Shown here: positions 19,626 through 26,806 of the stretch, one piece after another
How the letters are laid out: each line of letters starts with the position of its first letter
How positions within the stretch are numbered: the stretch's first letter is position 1
Source: a virus
DNA length: 64,000 nt
IMG/VR virus record: IMGVR_UViG_3300039310_000050
Span: 37,634 to 101,633 of that record
Reading direction: 5' to 3' (one strand)
Translations under genes and position numbers: made by a program
Notes under the pieces: model-generated
What the model saw: the letters and a program-made list of their open reading frames with translations, nothing else
Told to the model about the DNA's origin: nothing
Databases searched by the model: none

Positions 19626-19717
19626 CACGCTCATCCGAGGCGCCCATTCGCGATTCGCGAATCGCGAATCCCGAATCTATAATGGTCTCATGGTCTTGAA
19701 GCCACAGGATTCCTCGC
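19626..19717 (-). ncRNA. Candidate structured RNA/leader directly 5' of tRNA-Gly
   Basis: GC-rich; perfect 24-bp palindrome 19646-19669; AATCCTG/CGGGATT and CGAGG/CCTCG helices. Confidence 0.4.
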
Positions 19718-19909
19718 TTATCGAATACGCAATTGATATTGTAACTTTTCTGCCAAAATCATAATATCTTCGGCATTTTCGGTACAAACAAATCTTAACC
19801 CACTATCCTTACGTATTTCTACATTTTTTAGTATTTCATATATTTCTCCTATTGTTAGATAATCTCTCAATAGAAAAAATAAAAATAATTTAATTCGTTC
19901 TTGATCCAT
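19718..19909 (-). CDS. Hypothetical protein
   Basis: Start MDQERI after GAGG; the longer call overlaps tRNA-Gln. Confidence 0.55.
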   Translation of the reverse strand: MDQERIKLFLFFLLRDYLTIGEIYEILKNVEIRKDSGLRFVCTENAEDIMILAEKLQYQLRIR

Positions 19910-19930
19910 ACTATTCCTCAATTCAAAATT

Positions 19931-20004
19931 TGGCACCCGGTCAGGGACTCGAACCCCAATTAATGGCTCCAAAGGCCACTGTCCTACCATTAGACGAACC
20001 AGGT
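19931..20004 (-). tRNA. tRNA-Gln(UUG)
   Basis: Loop CT-TTG-GA, G73, CCA. Confidence 0.92.
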
Positions 20005-20005
20005 A

Positions 20006-20368
20006 TTAACCCATAGAACTTGGTGAAGTACCCATAGTATTTACATTAGCATTATAAGGTTCTTCTATTTTTGACCGACGAAATTCCTTATTTTTTTCTT
20101 CTCGTTCTGTTTTATCTCTATCTTCAGTTATTGGTGTATCTTTCAAAAAATTTTCAAGAGACATATCATCCATACGGCCTACTTGGATAACTACACCATC
20201 AAGGACAAAATGCCATTCATTTGCTGGAAGATCAAGTAATATTTCTTGCCCTTCATCAAATCGGTAAGACCAATGTTCATCAGCCCCTTTAACAGGACCT
20301 ACATAACCATGCATATTTAATAAAATGGTTTGCGTTGCTTGTTTAAAAATTTCTTTATAAGATTTCAT
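20006..20368 (-). CDS. Putative late, capsid-targeted (internal) protein
   Basis: MKSYKEI N-terminus; GATAAATA at 20375-20382. Confidence 0.45.
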   Translation of the reverse strand: MKSYKEIFKQATQTILLNMHGYVGPVKGADEHWSYRFDEGQEILLDLPANEWHFVLDGVVIQVGRMDDMSLENFLKDTPITEDRDKTEREEKNKEFRRSKIEEPYNANVNTMGTSPSSMG

Positions 20369-20380
20369 ATTTAATATTTA

Positions 20381-20776
20381 TCAAAATTTCAAAAAACTTT
20401 CATGGATTAATATACCTTTTGGTGGTCTTGTTTCACACCTTCCATACCGAGAACTACAATTATATGGTATATATTTCTCAGTATTAAAAATTGCTTTCTT
20501 TCCATTTAAAGGACCACCAATACAAGGAAATTTAGTAGATCCACTTACTCTTTTATAAGAATAACTATATTCCCATTTTGATTTGGTTTTTAATTTATAA
20601 AATACATCACTAATAAAAACATCTTCCGATCGATTTTCAGTTTCATTATGTATTGTTAACACATCCTGATCCCATTTTATATCATATTTTTCATAAGAAT
20701 CATAATCTTTTAAGAAAGCGGGTTGTTTGAATGTTCGTTTTATAACATCAGGGAATTTCGTTTTTCCTATCCACAT
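20381..20776 (-). CDS. Hypothetical protein
   Basis: ORF; CIGGPLNG motif. Confidence 0.55.
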   Translation of the reverse strand: MWIGKTKFPDVIKRTFKQPAFLKDYDSYEKYDIKWDQDVLTIHNETENRSEDVFISDVFYKLKTKSKWEYSYSYKRVSGSTKFPCIGGPLNGKKAIFNTEKYIPYNCSSRYGRCETRPPKGILIHESFLKF

Positions 20777-20884
20777 ACTACTACTCCATGTTTAAATAAT
20801 ACACTCGGTTCTATCGTTCCATCATTATACATTGCAACCTTTTCTTCACTCATAATTTCCACCAATAATATACATGAAATAACA

Positions 20885-22069
20885 TTACATATCCTTCTTA
20901 TCCCGAAATCCAAGTGCCCTTGGAAACCTTGGAATACCATCTGCTGTTAAATTTTGAAATGCTACTTTCACCAACTTACCAATATATTTCTTTCCATCTC
21001 GGTAATATTCTTCACGTTTTGCCGCCGATGCTTTAGGTGTAGCTTTAAATCTCTTATGATCTTTTGTTTCACAAATCCAAATGGCTGAATTAGCCATTTT
21101 ACCAACACCATGTTCGAAATCAACTACCTTATATTCTGCATCTTGGAAAGATTTTACTTTTTGAATATCGCTTGATCGGTGGCCAAATAAATATTCACCA
21201 TCCCAATTACGGACAATACATCCTTCATATCCTTGTTCCACAAATGTTTTTTCAAAATCAAAAATTTCATCATATTCATATGTAGGTTGTAAACATGCAC
21301 TACAAACTCCTGCATAATATTTTGGTAATTTAACTACTTGATTTACAATATAAGTTGGTACTAAAACCAAATATGCACTTTCATATTTTGGACTAGTAGG
21401 GTTTAATTTATGAAAAAATGCTTCAAGATTTTTCAAGCGATTCTTCCAAATATCACGTTTCCCCAATTCATTAATTGGCATATCAAATACATGATATTCT
21501 AATTGTTCTGTTTCACCTTCATGATATTTCTTTGCCCATGAAGTAAGAGATTCAAAATCAACTCCATGAACATATAATTCACCATCCAGAACCATTTCTT
21601 GTGGCATTACTTTTTCAAGTTCTTCAATAATATGTTTAGGAGCCGTCCATTCTTTACCACCGCGAGTCCCTAATACTACACGGCCATCTTCCCAATATGC
21701 CATTGCACGAACACCATCCAATTTTGGTTGGAGGTCACATGGATAAACGATTCCGCGGCCTTTCTTTTTATGAAAATCGTGTGCCAACATAGGTAAAAAG
21801 ATTTCTTCTTTAGCACCTTCTTTAGTTTCAGAATATTTTCGTTCCCGTTTAAAAGTCCACATTGCTTGAGCTTCCAAAATTGCTTGTTCTTCCGCAGTTG
21901 TGGCATTTGCTTTACCAAAATTTTTTGGAGTAGCTTTTTTGGGTGAAAGTTGTAATTTACCACCAATTTGTCCATGGCGGGTAATAATAGTATCACCTTC
22001 TGTCCAAATATCCCATTGAACTAAAGCTCCCGTTTTACTTTTATGATATAATGTTGGAAATGTTTTCAT
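20885..22069 (-). CDS. ATP-dependent DNA ligase with a 21-aa insertion
   Basis: PMLA, QPKLDGVR, LDGELY, YHVFD, GYEGCIVR, KVK, GIPRFP; start set to MKTFPTLY. Confidence 0.93.
   Translation of the reverse strand: MKTFPTLYHKSKTGALVQWDIWTEGDTIITRHGQIGGKLQLSPKKATPKNFGKANATTAEEQAILEAQAMWTFKRERKYSETKEGAKEEIFLPMLAHDFHKKKGRGIVYPCDLQPKLDGVRAMAYWEDGRVVLGTRGGKEWTAPKHIIEELEKVMPQEMVLDGELYVHGVDFESLTSWAKKYHEGETEQLEYHVFDMPINELGKRDIWKNRLKNLEAFFHKLNPTSPKYESAYLVLVPTYIVNQVVKLPKYYAGVCSACLQPTYEYDEIFDFEKTFVEQGYEGCIVRNWDGEYLFGHRSSDIQKVKSFQDAEYKVVDFEHGVGKMANSAIWICETKDHKRFKATPKASAAKREEYYRDGKKYIGKLVKVAFQNLTADGIPRFPRALGFRDKKDM
21278..21342. repeat. Exact 65-bp direct repeat, copy 1 (in DNA ligase)
   Basis: Identical to 34445-34509. 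Confidence 0.95.
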
Positions 22070-22070
22070 T

Positions 22071-22256
22071 TTAAAATCCTTGTGAACGGTCATATGCAGC
22101 TTCCGCTTGAGCGGCCTTTTTTTCCGACCAATTAACCTCAGCATCAAGGAAAACATTATACTGTTCATTTTCAGGCAAATCGTAAAAATCTACACCAAAA
22201 CGTTCTTCAGCAAGACGTTCTGCTTCCATTTGAATTTCATATTTATAGTCTGACAT
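22071..22256 (-). CDS. Small acidic early protein
   Basis: GAGG SD downstream of a consensus promoter. Confidence 0.65.
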   Translation of the reverse strand: MSDYKYEIQMEAERLAEERFGVDFYDLPENEQYNVFLDAEVNWSEKKAAQAEAAYDRSQGF

Positions 22257-22273
22257 ATTCAACCTCAATTACA

Positions 22274-22302
22274 ATTATAGCGTATGTAAGGCCGCTTGTC
22301 AA
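22274..22302 (-). promoter_or_regulatory. Consensus sigma70 promoter
   Basis: TTGACA-17-TATAAT. Confidence 0.85.
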
Positions 22303-22314
22303 GTGATTTTTAAA

Positions 22315-22417
22315 GACGCCTAGTGGATTCTTTGCTCACGCGAAAGAACCCTGTAAGGAGGCGAGATGATCTTGCTCAAGGACCATCTTCTTGTGGTATG
22401 CTAGGCGTACCCATACC
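22315..22417 (-). ncRNA. Candidate three-way-junction ncRNA 3' of tRNA-Thr
   Basis: ACGCCTAG/CTAGGCGT closing stem; two 8-9 bp hairpins with G-U pairs on the minus strand; GUGA tetraloop; CCUCCUUA linker. Confidence 0.7.
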
Positions 22418-22421
22418 AAAC

Positions 22422-22498
22422 TGGAGCCGCGGGGGAGAATCGAACTCCCTCTCTGTTGATTACAGGTCAACCGCTTTCCCGGATTAAGCTACCGTGGC
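22422..22498 (-). tRNA. tRNA-Thr(UGU), C33
   Basis: GCC acceptor start, loop CC-TGT-AA, CCA. Confidence 0.9.
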
Positions 22499-22570
22499 TA
22501 ATAACTTTTTCCTTTTATTTTAAAAATAAATCTCCTTCCCTTACCTTTTGTATTTAAAGATCCGAAATTA

Positions 22571-22646
22571 TGGCGGGACCGAACGGATTCGAACCGTCAA
22601 CATCTTGCTCGACAGGCAAGAACTCTAACCATTGAGCTACGGTCCC
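22571..22646 (-). tRNA. tRNA-Asp(GUC)
   Basis: Loop CT-GTC-GA, G73, CCA. Confidence 0.92.
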
Positions 22647-22870
22647 TAAACTTTCTTTTTCGGATAATCATTCACATAAAATCCAGGGCCCACAAATTTC
22701 AATGCGGAAGTAGAAACTTTCCGTTCCAAGTGGCCGCGGCATCTACTTTCTGTCAATTCATAATTTTCTGCTAAATCACCGTGGGTCAAAACTCTGGCTT
22801 CTTCATCCATCTTTTGGAAGATTTCAAAAGTCTTTCCGCATTCACTACACACGTAATCGTAATATGGCAT
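22646..22870 (-). CDS. FmdB-family zinc-ribbon protein
   Basis: MPYYDYVCSECGKTFE...FVGPGFYVNDY. Confidence 0.85.
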   Translation of the reverse strand: MPYYDYVCSECGKTFEIFQKMDEEARVLTHGDLAENYELTESRCRGHLERKVSTSALKFVGPGFYVNDYPKKKV

Positions 22871-22877
22871 AAAAATC

Positions 22878-23660
22878 CTAATGGTCTTTTTCACCCTGTG
22901 TAGCCGCAGGTAATGGAGCATCTGGATCCGATTGATACCATTTATATTTTCCATCTTTTAATAATTTTCGAAATTTAATTAAACGCGATACTGGCATAGC
23001 AATCATACTTGTTTGTGCTACAGTACCAACTATAAAAGCACAAATAGCATGTTGATTCAAACAAATAACCGATGAACCACTTGATCCACCATTTATACCA
23101 AATTCTTGTAATAATATAGTTCCAGTCCATTGAATGGCATCATCAACAATAGGACGATCAACACTTGTACTAGAAACAGACCCTAAAAACACTTGTTTAC
23201 CAATTCCTAATGGACCACCAACATTAATTACTTCATCTAATAAATTAGGATCTTCACCTAATGGAATAATAGGAAAACTAAAAGTTTTATCAACTGTTAA
23301 TAAGAAAAAATCATCACCTTTAGTCCTATATCCGCAACCTTTAGGAATTGCTTTTAAATAAACTTTATCCCCAGGAATATCTGGAGATATAAAGAAAAAT
23401 GTTTTTTCTGGTGTAACTGTCTTTTTTTCCGAATCATCTATACAACCACAATGAGCGGCTGTAACAAATGTATATGTAGTTTTATCTTCATCAATAGCTG
23501 TAGCGGTGCATTTCATTTCCATTGTACCTTGTGCTGTTTGAGCATATAATAATGTTGTAGCTGGCCATAATACTTTATTCACATATAATTTATCGGCATT
23601 CGATAACTGTCCGAATATTAATGTTGAAAACATCAACGAAAGAACTATTAATTTCGTCAT
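22878..23660 (-). CDS. Exported trypsin-like serine protease
   Basis: Signal peptide, TAAHC, DDF, GGSSGS. Confidence 0.85.
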   Translation of the reverse strand: MTKLIVLSLMFSTLIFGQLSNADKLYVNKVLWPATTLLYAQTAQGTMEMKCTATAIDEDKTTYTFVTAAHCGCIDDSEKKTVTPEKTFFFISPDIPGDKVYLKAIPKGCGYRTKGDDFFLLTVDKTFSFPIIPLGEDPNLLDEVINVGGPLGIGKQVFLGSVSSTSVDRPIVDDAIQWTGTILLQEFGINGGSSGSSVICLNQHAICAFIVGTVAQTSMIAMPVSRLIKFRKLLKDGKYKWYQSDPDAPLPAATQGEKDH

Positions 23661-23681
23661 CCAATTTCCTTAATTTAAATT

Positions 23682-23939
23682 TTAATCTCCTTTTCTTGGA
23701 TCTTCTTTACTAGCATTTTTAATTTCTATTTCTGTTAATTTTACAGTTAATTCATTTTCATCCATTGCTTCAAAAAGAGCCATTTCAATAGCAATACCAC
23801 CCTCTTCTTTTATAGTGGCTGCCCGTTTATTAATTCCGTGTGATACTAATAAATGATCTTTTTCCTTATCAGATAATTGATTCATTTGTTTTACAAATTT
23901 AAGTGTATTTAATAATGTATGTTGCATACTTATAACCAT
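23682..23939 (-). CDS. Hypothetical protein
   Basis: ORF. Confidence 0.55.
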   Translation of the reverse strand: MVISMQHTLLNTLKFVKQMNQLSDKEKDHLLVSHGINKRAATIKEEGGIAIEMALFEAMDENELTVKLTEIEIKNASKEDPRKGD

Positions 23940-24022
23940 TCTCTTCCATAATCTTGTTCTTGATCATATCTTATTAATCTTTCAACAAAATCTTTTATTT
24001 TCATGATATTTCCTTTAATCTT

Positions 24023-24098
24023 TGGAGGGACGTCAGAGAGTTGAACTCTATCTAATGGTTCCACAGACCATCGTGCTTACCGGCAACACTTCCGTCCC
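24023..24098 (-). tRNA. tRNA-His(GUG), atypical
   Basis: Loop CT-GTG-GA; no G-1, U73, G7-A66 mismatch; abuts the CCA of tRNA-Tyr. Confidence 0.75.
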
Positions 24099-24190
24099 TG
24101 GTGTAAGGTAATGGATTTGAACCACTGAGGCCTCCGAAGAGACAAAGGAGCTACAGCCCTTCGCATTCAACCGAACTCTGCCAACCTTAC
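24099..24190 (-). tRNA. tRNA-Tyr(GUA)
   Basis: Loop CT-GTA-GC, long variable arm with UUCG loop, A73, CCA. Confidence 0.9.
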
Positions 24191-24194
24191 AAAA

Positions 24195-24587
24195 TTATTC
24201 TGCTTTATCTACTTTATTTAAACTTTCCACTTCTGTTCTTGGACGGCAAGCCTCACAAGTTAAAGAATTTAATTCTTTAAGTAATTCCGAATTACGATCA
24301 TAAAGAAAATTAATATCCTCAATCAAATTGTCTACTGCTAAATCAGTTTCCTTAACTCTATCCATTAAATCCTTTTCAACTTCTTCTAAGGATTCAACTT
24401 GTTCAAATAACTCATCATTTTCTTCTTCTAAGTTTTCAACCATTTCATTAGCTTCGTCCAAAGAATATTCTAAGTCACGATAGGCTTCATCTAAATCAAA
24501 ATTTTCTCTTAACAACTCTTTATTATTTTCTTTTAATTCTTTTACTAATTCTTTTAATTGTTTAACCGTTTTCATAATTATCCTCAT
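24195..24587 (-). CDS. Acidic coiled-coil protein
   Basis: Heptad-rich, E/D-rich sequence. Confidence 0.65.
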   Translation of the reverse strand: MRIIMKTVKQLKELVKELKENNKELLRENFDLDEAYRDLEYSLDEANEMVENLEEENDELFEQVESLEEVEKDLMDRVKETDLAVDNLIEDINFLYDRNSELLKELNSLTCEACRPRTEVESLNKVDKAE

Positions 24588-24595
24588 TTCTAATT

Positions 24596-24673
24596 TGGAC
24601 CACCAGGAGGGACTTGAACCCTCTAAGACCAGTTTTGCAGACCTAGCGCCTCGACCACCTCGGCATCTAGTGA
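24596..24673 (-). tRNA. tRNA-Cys(GCA), bulged anticodon stem
   Basis: Loop CT-GCA-AA, U73, CCA. Confidence 0.75.
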
Positions 24674-24676
24674 ATT

Positions 24677-24751
24677 TGGTGGACCCGCCGAGACTCGAAC
24701 TCGGAACTCAACCTTGCAAAGGTCATATTTTCCCATTAAAACTACAAGCCC
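24677..24751 (-). tRNA. tRNA-Ala(UGC)
   Basis: G3-U70 pair, loop TT-TGC-AA, A73, CCA. Confidence 0.9.
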
Positions 24752-24848
24752 AATTTTCTTTCTTCATACCACTGTTTTCTGTGGCAATTAGCACAAAGAA
24801 CATCACTCTAAACCATCGTTTTCTATCTTCTGGATTTTTAAATGCCAT
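24752..24848 (-). pseudogene. Internally deleted HNH endonuclease remnant
   Basis: MAFKNPEDRKRW joined out of frame to DVLCANCHRK. Confidence 0.6.
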
Positions 24849-24860
24849 TTCTTTTAAAAT

Positions 24861-24936
24861 TGGTAGTGGATTAGGGAATCGAACCCTACTAAACTTGCTT
24901 GTAGAGCAAGTGCCTCAACCAGCCGGCCCATCCACT
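24861..24936 (-). tRNA. tRNA-Val(UAC), C33
   Basis: Stem CTTGC/GCAAG, loop TC-TAC-AA, A73, CCA. Confidence 0.85.
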
Positions 24937-25276
24937 AAACTACATCCGGATCAACTGGCGCCACTACCACGCGGGCCGCGCTATCCAAATAACCATATGC
25001 TGTAGCCGTCCATTCACGGCTTGGAACAACCCGCAAAGTATGAGTACCCTTTTCAGTACCTTCTCTAATTGTTGCCTTATGTTGTTTGGGGATTCTATCC
25101 CAACACTTTGAGCAAAACAAATTCTTACCAGATGCCATATTCTTACACTTCGGATAATCAAAACATCTATGAACACTACCAACCTTTTTCTTGGTTTTAG
25201 TAGCACGCCGGATAGCATCCTGGCATTCACTACATTTTTGATCGTTTCTTCCGATACTTGAGCAACCTGAACACAT
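24935..25276 (-). CDS. Cys-rich (zinc-binding) early protein
   Basis: Several CxxC pairs; GAGG SD after a promoter. Confidence 0.65.
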   Translation of the reverse strand: MCSGCSSIGRNDQKCSECQDAIRRATKTKKKVGSVHRCFDYPKCKNMASGKNLFCSKCWDRIPKQHKATIREGTEKGTHTLRVVPSREWTATAYGYLDSAARVVVAPVDPDVV

Positions 25277-25295
25277 AAATTTTCAACCTCAATTC

Positions 25296-25324
25296 ATTGT
25301 AACACAATTTATTTAGAATGTCAA
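25296..25324 (-). promoter_or_regulatory. Sigma70-type promoter
   Basis: TTGACA-17-TACAAT with TG. Confidence 0.75.
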
Positions 25325-25347
25325 GGGGAATTTTAATTCCCCTATAT

Positions 25348-25530
25348 TTAAATCAACAAAATCAATTTGGGTAATAACCACGCGAATAACCAAATTAATA
25401 ACCCAATAACCAAAATAAAATTAATAACTACTCGAATTCTTTGGTCCATCGTCAAAGTACCCAATAAATACCACGCAAGACCAACAAAGGCAAGAACTAT
25501 ACAAGACACAAAAATTAAATGAAGAAGCAT
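25348..25530 (-). CDS. Small two-TM membrane protein (Thivi_2564-like)
   Basis: Two hydrophobic helices around MDQRIRVVIN; AGGAG SD; TATAAATA at 25579-25586. Confidence 0.65.
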   Translation of the reverse strand: MLLHLIFVSCIVLAFVGLAWYLLGTLTMDQRIRVVINFILVIGLLIWLFAWLLPKLILLI

Positions 25531-25589
25531 AAGATATCTTACTCCTTTCTGGAGATACAGACACTTATCTCATGTTAGTATTTATATTT

Positions 25590-25664
25590 TGGTAGCGGGT
25601 GGGGGTATCGATCCCCACTCTATGGCTTATGAGACCATCGTGACACCTGTTCACTTCACCCGCA
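25590..25664 (-). tRNA. tRNA with CAU anticodon (Met/fMet/Ile2 unresolved), atypical
   Basis: Loop CT-CAT-AA; 1-72 mismatch; T loop ATCGATA; CCA. Confidence 0.75.
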
Positions 25665-25673
25665 TCAACCGTT

Positions 25674-26111
25674 TTAAATAATAACTATAAATCTATCATC
25701 CAAAAATTTTAAATGTGGTTTTACATCTTCCCACTTTAAACCACCATTTCCACAACCGACTTTAGGTAAATAAATTTCATTAATTCTCATTTCATTTACT
25801 AAATTTAAAAGTTCTTCTCCACTTTTAATAATTAATGATAAAATTGATTTTTCCCACCATTTATCTTTAGTTGGAAATGTAAATATATTAAATTCTTTCC
25901 AGTAATGGGTTCTATTACCATAATTTTGAATAAATTGGCCTAACATTTTTGATAAATTGGGGAAAGTATTTTTAGCTTTAAGAGCAACCCCTTTCCCCAT
26001 TACAGCATTATCATTTTTATTTAACCAATTATTTACAGTAATTATAATCGGATACCCAAGTTTATGTACCGTCCATAAATTATAAACTAAACTTTCTTTT
26101 ATTTCAACCAT
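25674..26111 (-). CDS. Macrodomain (ADP-ribose binding/hydrolase, DarG-like)
   Basis: TVN...AVMGKGVAL..K..FP, FPTK..W, LPKVGCGNGGLKW. Confidence 0.85.
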   Translation of the reverse strand: MVEIKESLVYNLWTVHKLGYPIIITVNNWLNKNDNAVMGKGVALKAKNTFPNLSKMLGQFIQNYGNRTHYWKEFNIFTFPTKDKWWEKSILSLIIKSGEELLNLVNEMRINEIYLPKVGCGNGGLKWEDVKPHLKFLDDRFIVII

Positions 26112-26529
26112 TTTTATTTATCAAGTTAGCAACCGCTTGTTCATCTAATGGTTCAATCAAAAAACTTTTACCACGAGAATAATAACCAGACATTACTTCA
26201 CGGGCTGATTCTGTTATAATAGTGTGGGTTGATACTGCTTCCTCAAGTGCCCTAGTTAAAGAAAGAACACGTCCCGTTTCTTTTTTATAATTATCAACTG
26301 GATGCGTAAATGCTTTTCCAAAAAATTCTACTTCTGGAAGTGTAGGATGTTCTTCCATATATCCAACATTTAACTGTAAAGTACAATGAGTTTCCCCTCG
26401 TAAAAATTGCAATTTATCAGCTAAAGAAACCAATGAATTTACATTTGTATCTGCGATCCTAACTTCTGGAAGAAAATGCCGGAATTTAATTACAACCTTC
26501 CCCAATTTTTGTGTCTCAAACTTAATCAT
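26104..26529 (-). CDS. Hypothetical phage protein
   Basis: HPVDNYKKETGRVLSLTRA motif; start MIKFET after SD. Confidence 0.6.
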   Translation of the reverse strand: MIKFETQKLGKVVIKFRHFLPEVRIADTNVNSLVSLADKLQFLRGETHCTLQLNVGYMEEHPTLPEVEFFGKAFTHPVDNYKKETGRVLSLTRALEEAVSTHTIITESAREVMSGYYSRGKSFLIEPLDEQAVANLINKNG

Positions 26530-26588
26530 ATAATTTTCCTTTTTATATTTAAACAACATCAATTTACAGTCCAAACTGTAATTGAATT

Positions 26589-26665
26589 TGGTGGCTTGTT
26601 TGGGGTACGATCCCAAATCTCTCAGCTTAAAAGGCTGGAGCTTTTTCCATTTAAGCTAACAAGCC
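26589..26665 (-). tRNA. tRNA-Lys(UUU), A54
   Basis: Loop CT-TTT-AA, T loop ATCGTAC, CCA. Confidence 0.85.
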
Positions 26666-26691
26666 AAAACTTTTTGTATTTCTTTTATTAT

Positions 26692-26719
26692 AGTATAGCA
26701 TATTTTAAAAAATTGTCAA
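26692..26719 (-). promoter_or_regulatory. Sigma70-type promoter for tRNA-Lys
   Basis: TTGACA-16-TATACT with TG. Confidence 0.7.
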
Positions 26720-26730
26720 GCATTTTATTT

Positions 26731-26801
26731 TGATATTCCATTACCGCTCGCTTCCCACCTGGGTTGGCTACCAGCCTCAGCCTCGTCCGTATGGAACATC
26801 A
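26731..26801 (-). ncRNA. Candidate small structured RNA 3' of tRNA-Arg
   Basis: 11-bp terminal stem TGATGTTCCAT/ATGGAATATCA (G-U on minus strand); G-rich interior with GGCT/AGCC hairpin. Confidence 0.55.
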
Positions 26802-26806
26802 AAACT

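Noticed and set aside
19690-19717. Selenocysteine/opal tRNA (CTTCAA in a small loop)
   Set aside because: No T arm, acceptor stem or CCA in the correct geometry
24861-24936. Amber suppressor reading (CUA) of the loop TCTACAA
   Set aside because: The 5-bp stem fixes a 7-nt loop with UAC central; A73 fits Val
24595-25005. Plus-strand ORFs over tRNAs and antisense to core genes (also 19440-19682, 26730-26945, 53454-54245 and similar)
   Set aside because: Shadow frames of tRNAs or of charged minus-strand proteins; no motifs or initiation signals
26731-26801. SRP (4.5S) RNA
   Set aside because: CAGG...GAA...AGC only loosely resembles domain IV, and the GNRA-capped helix does not form
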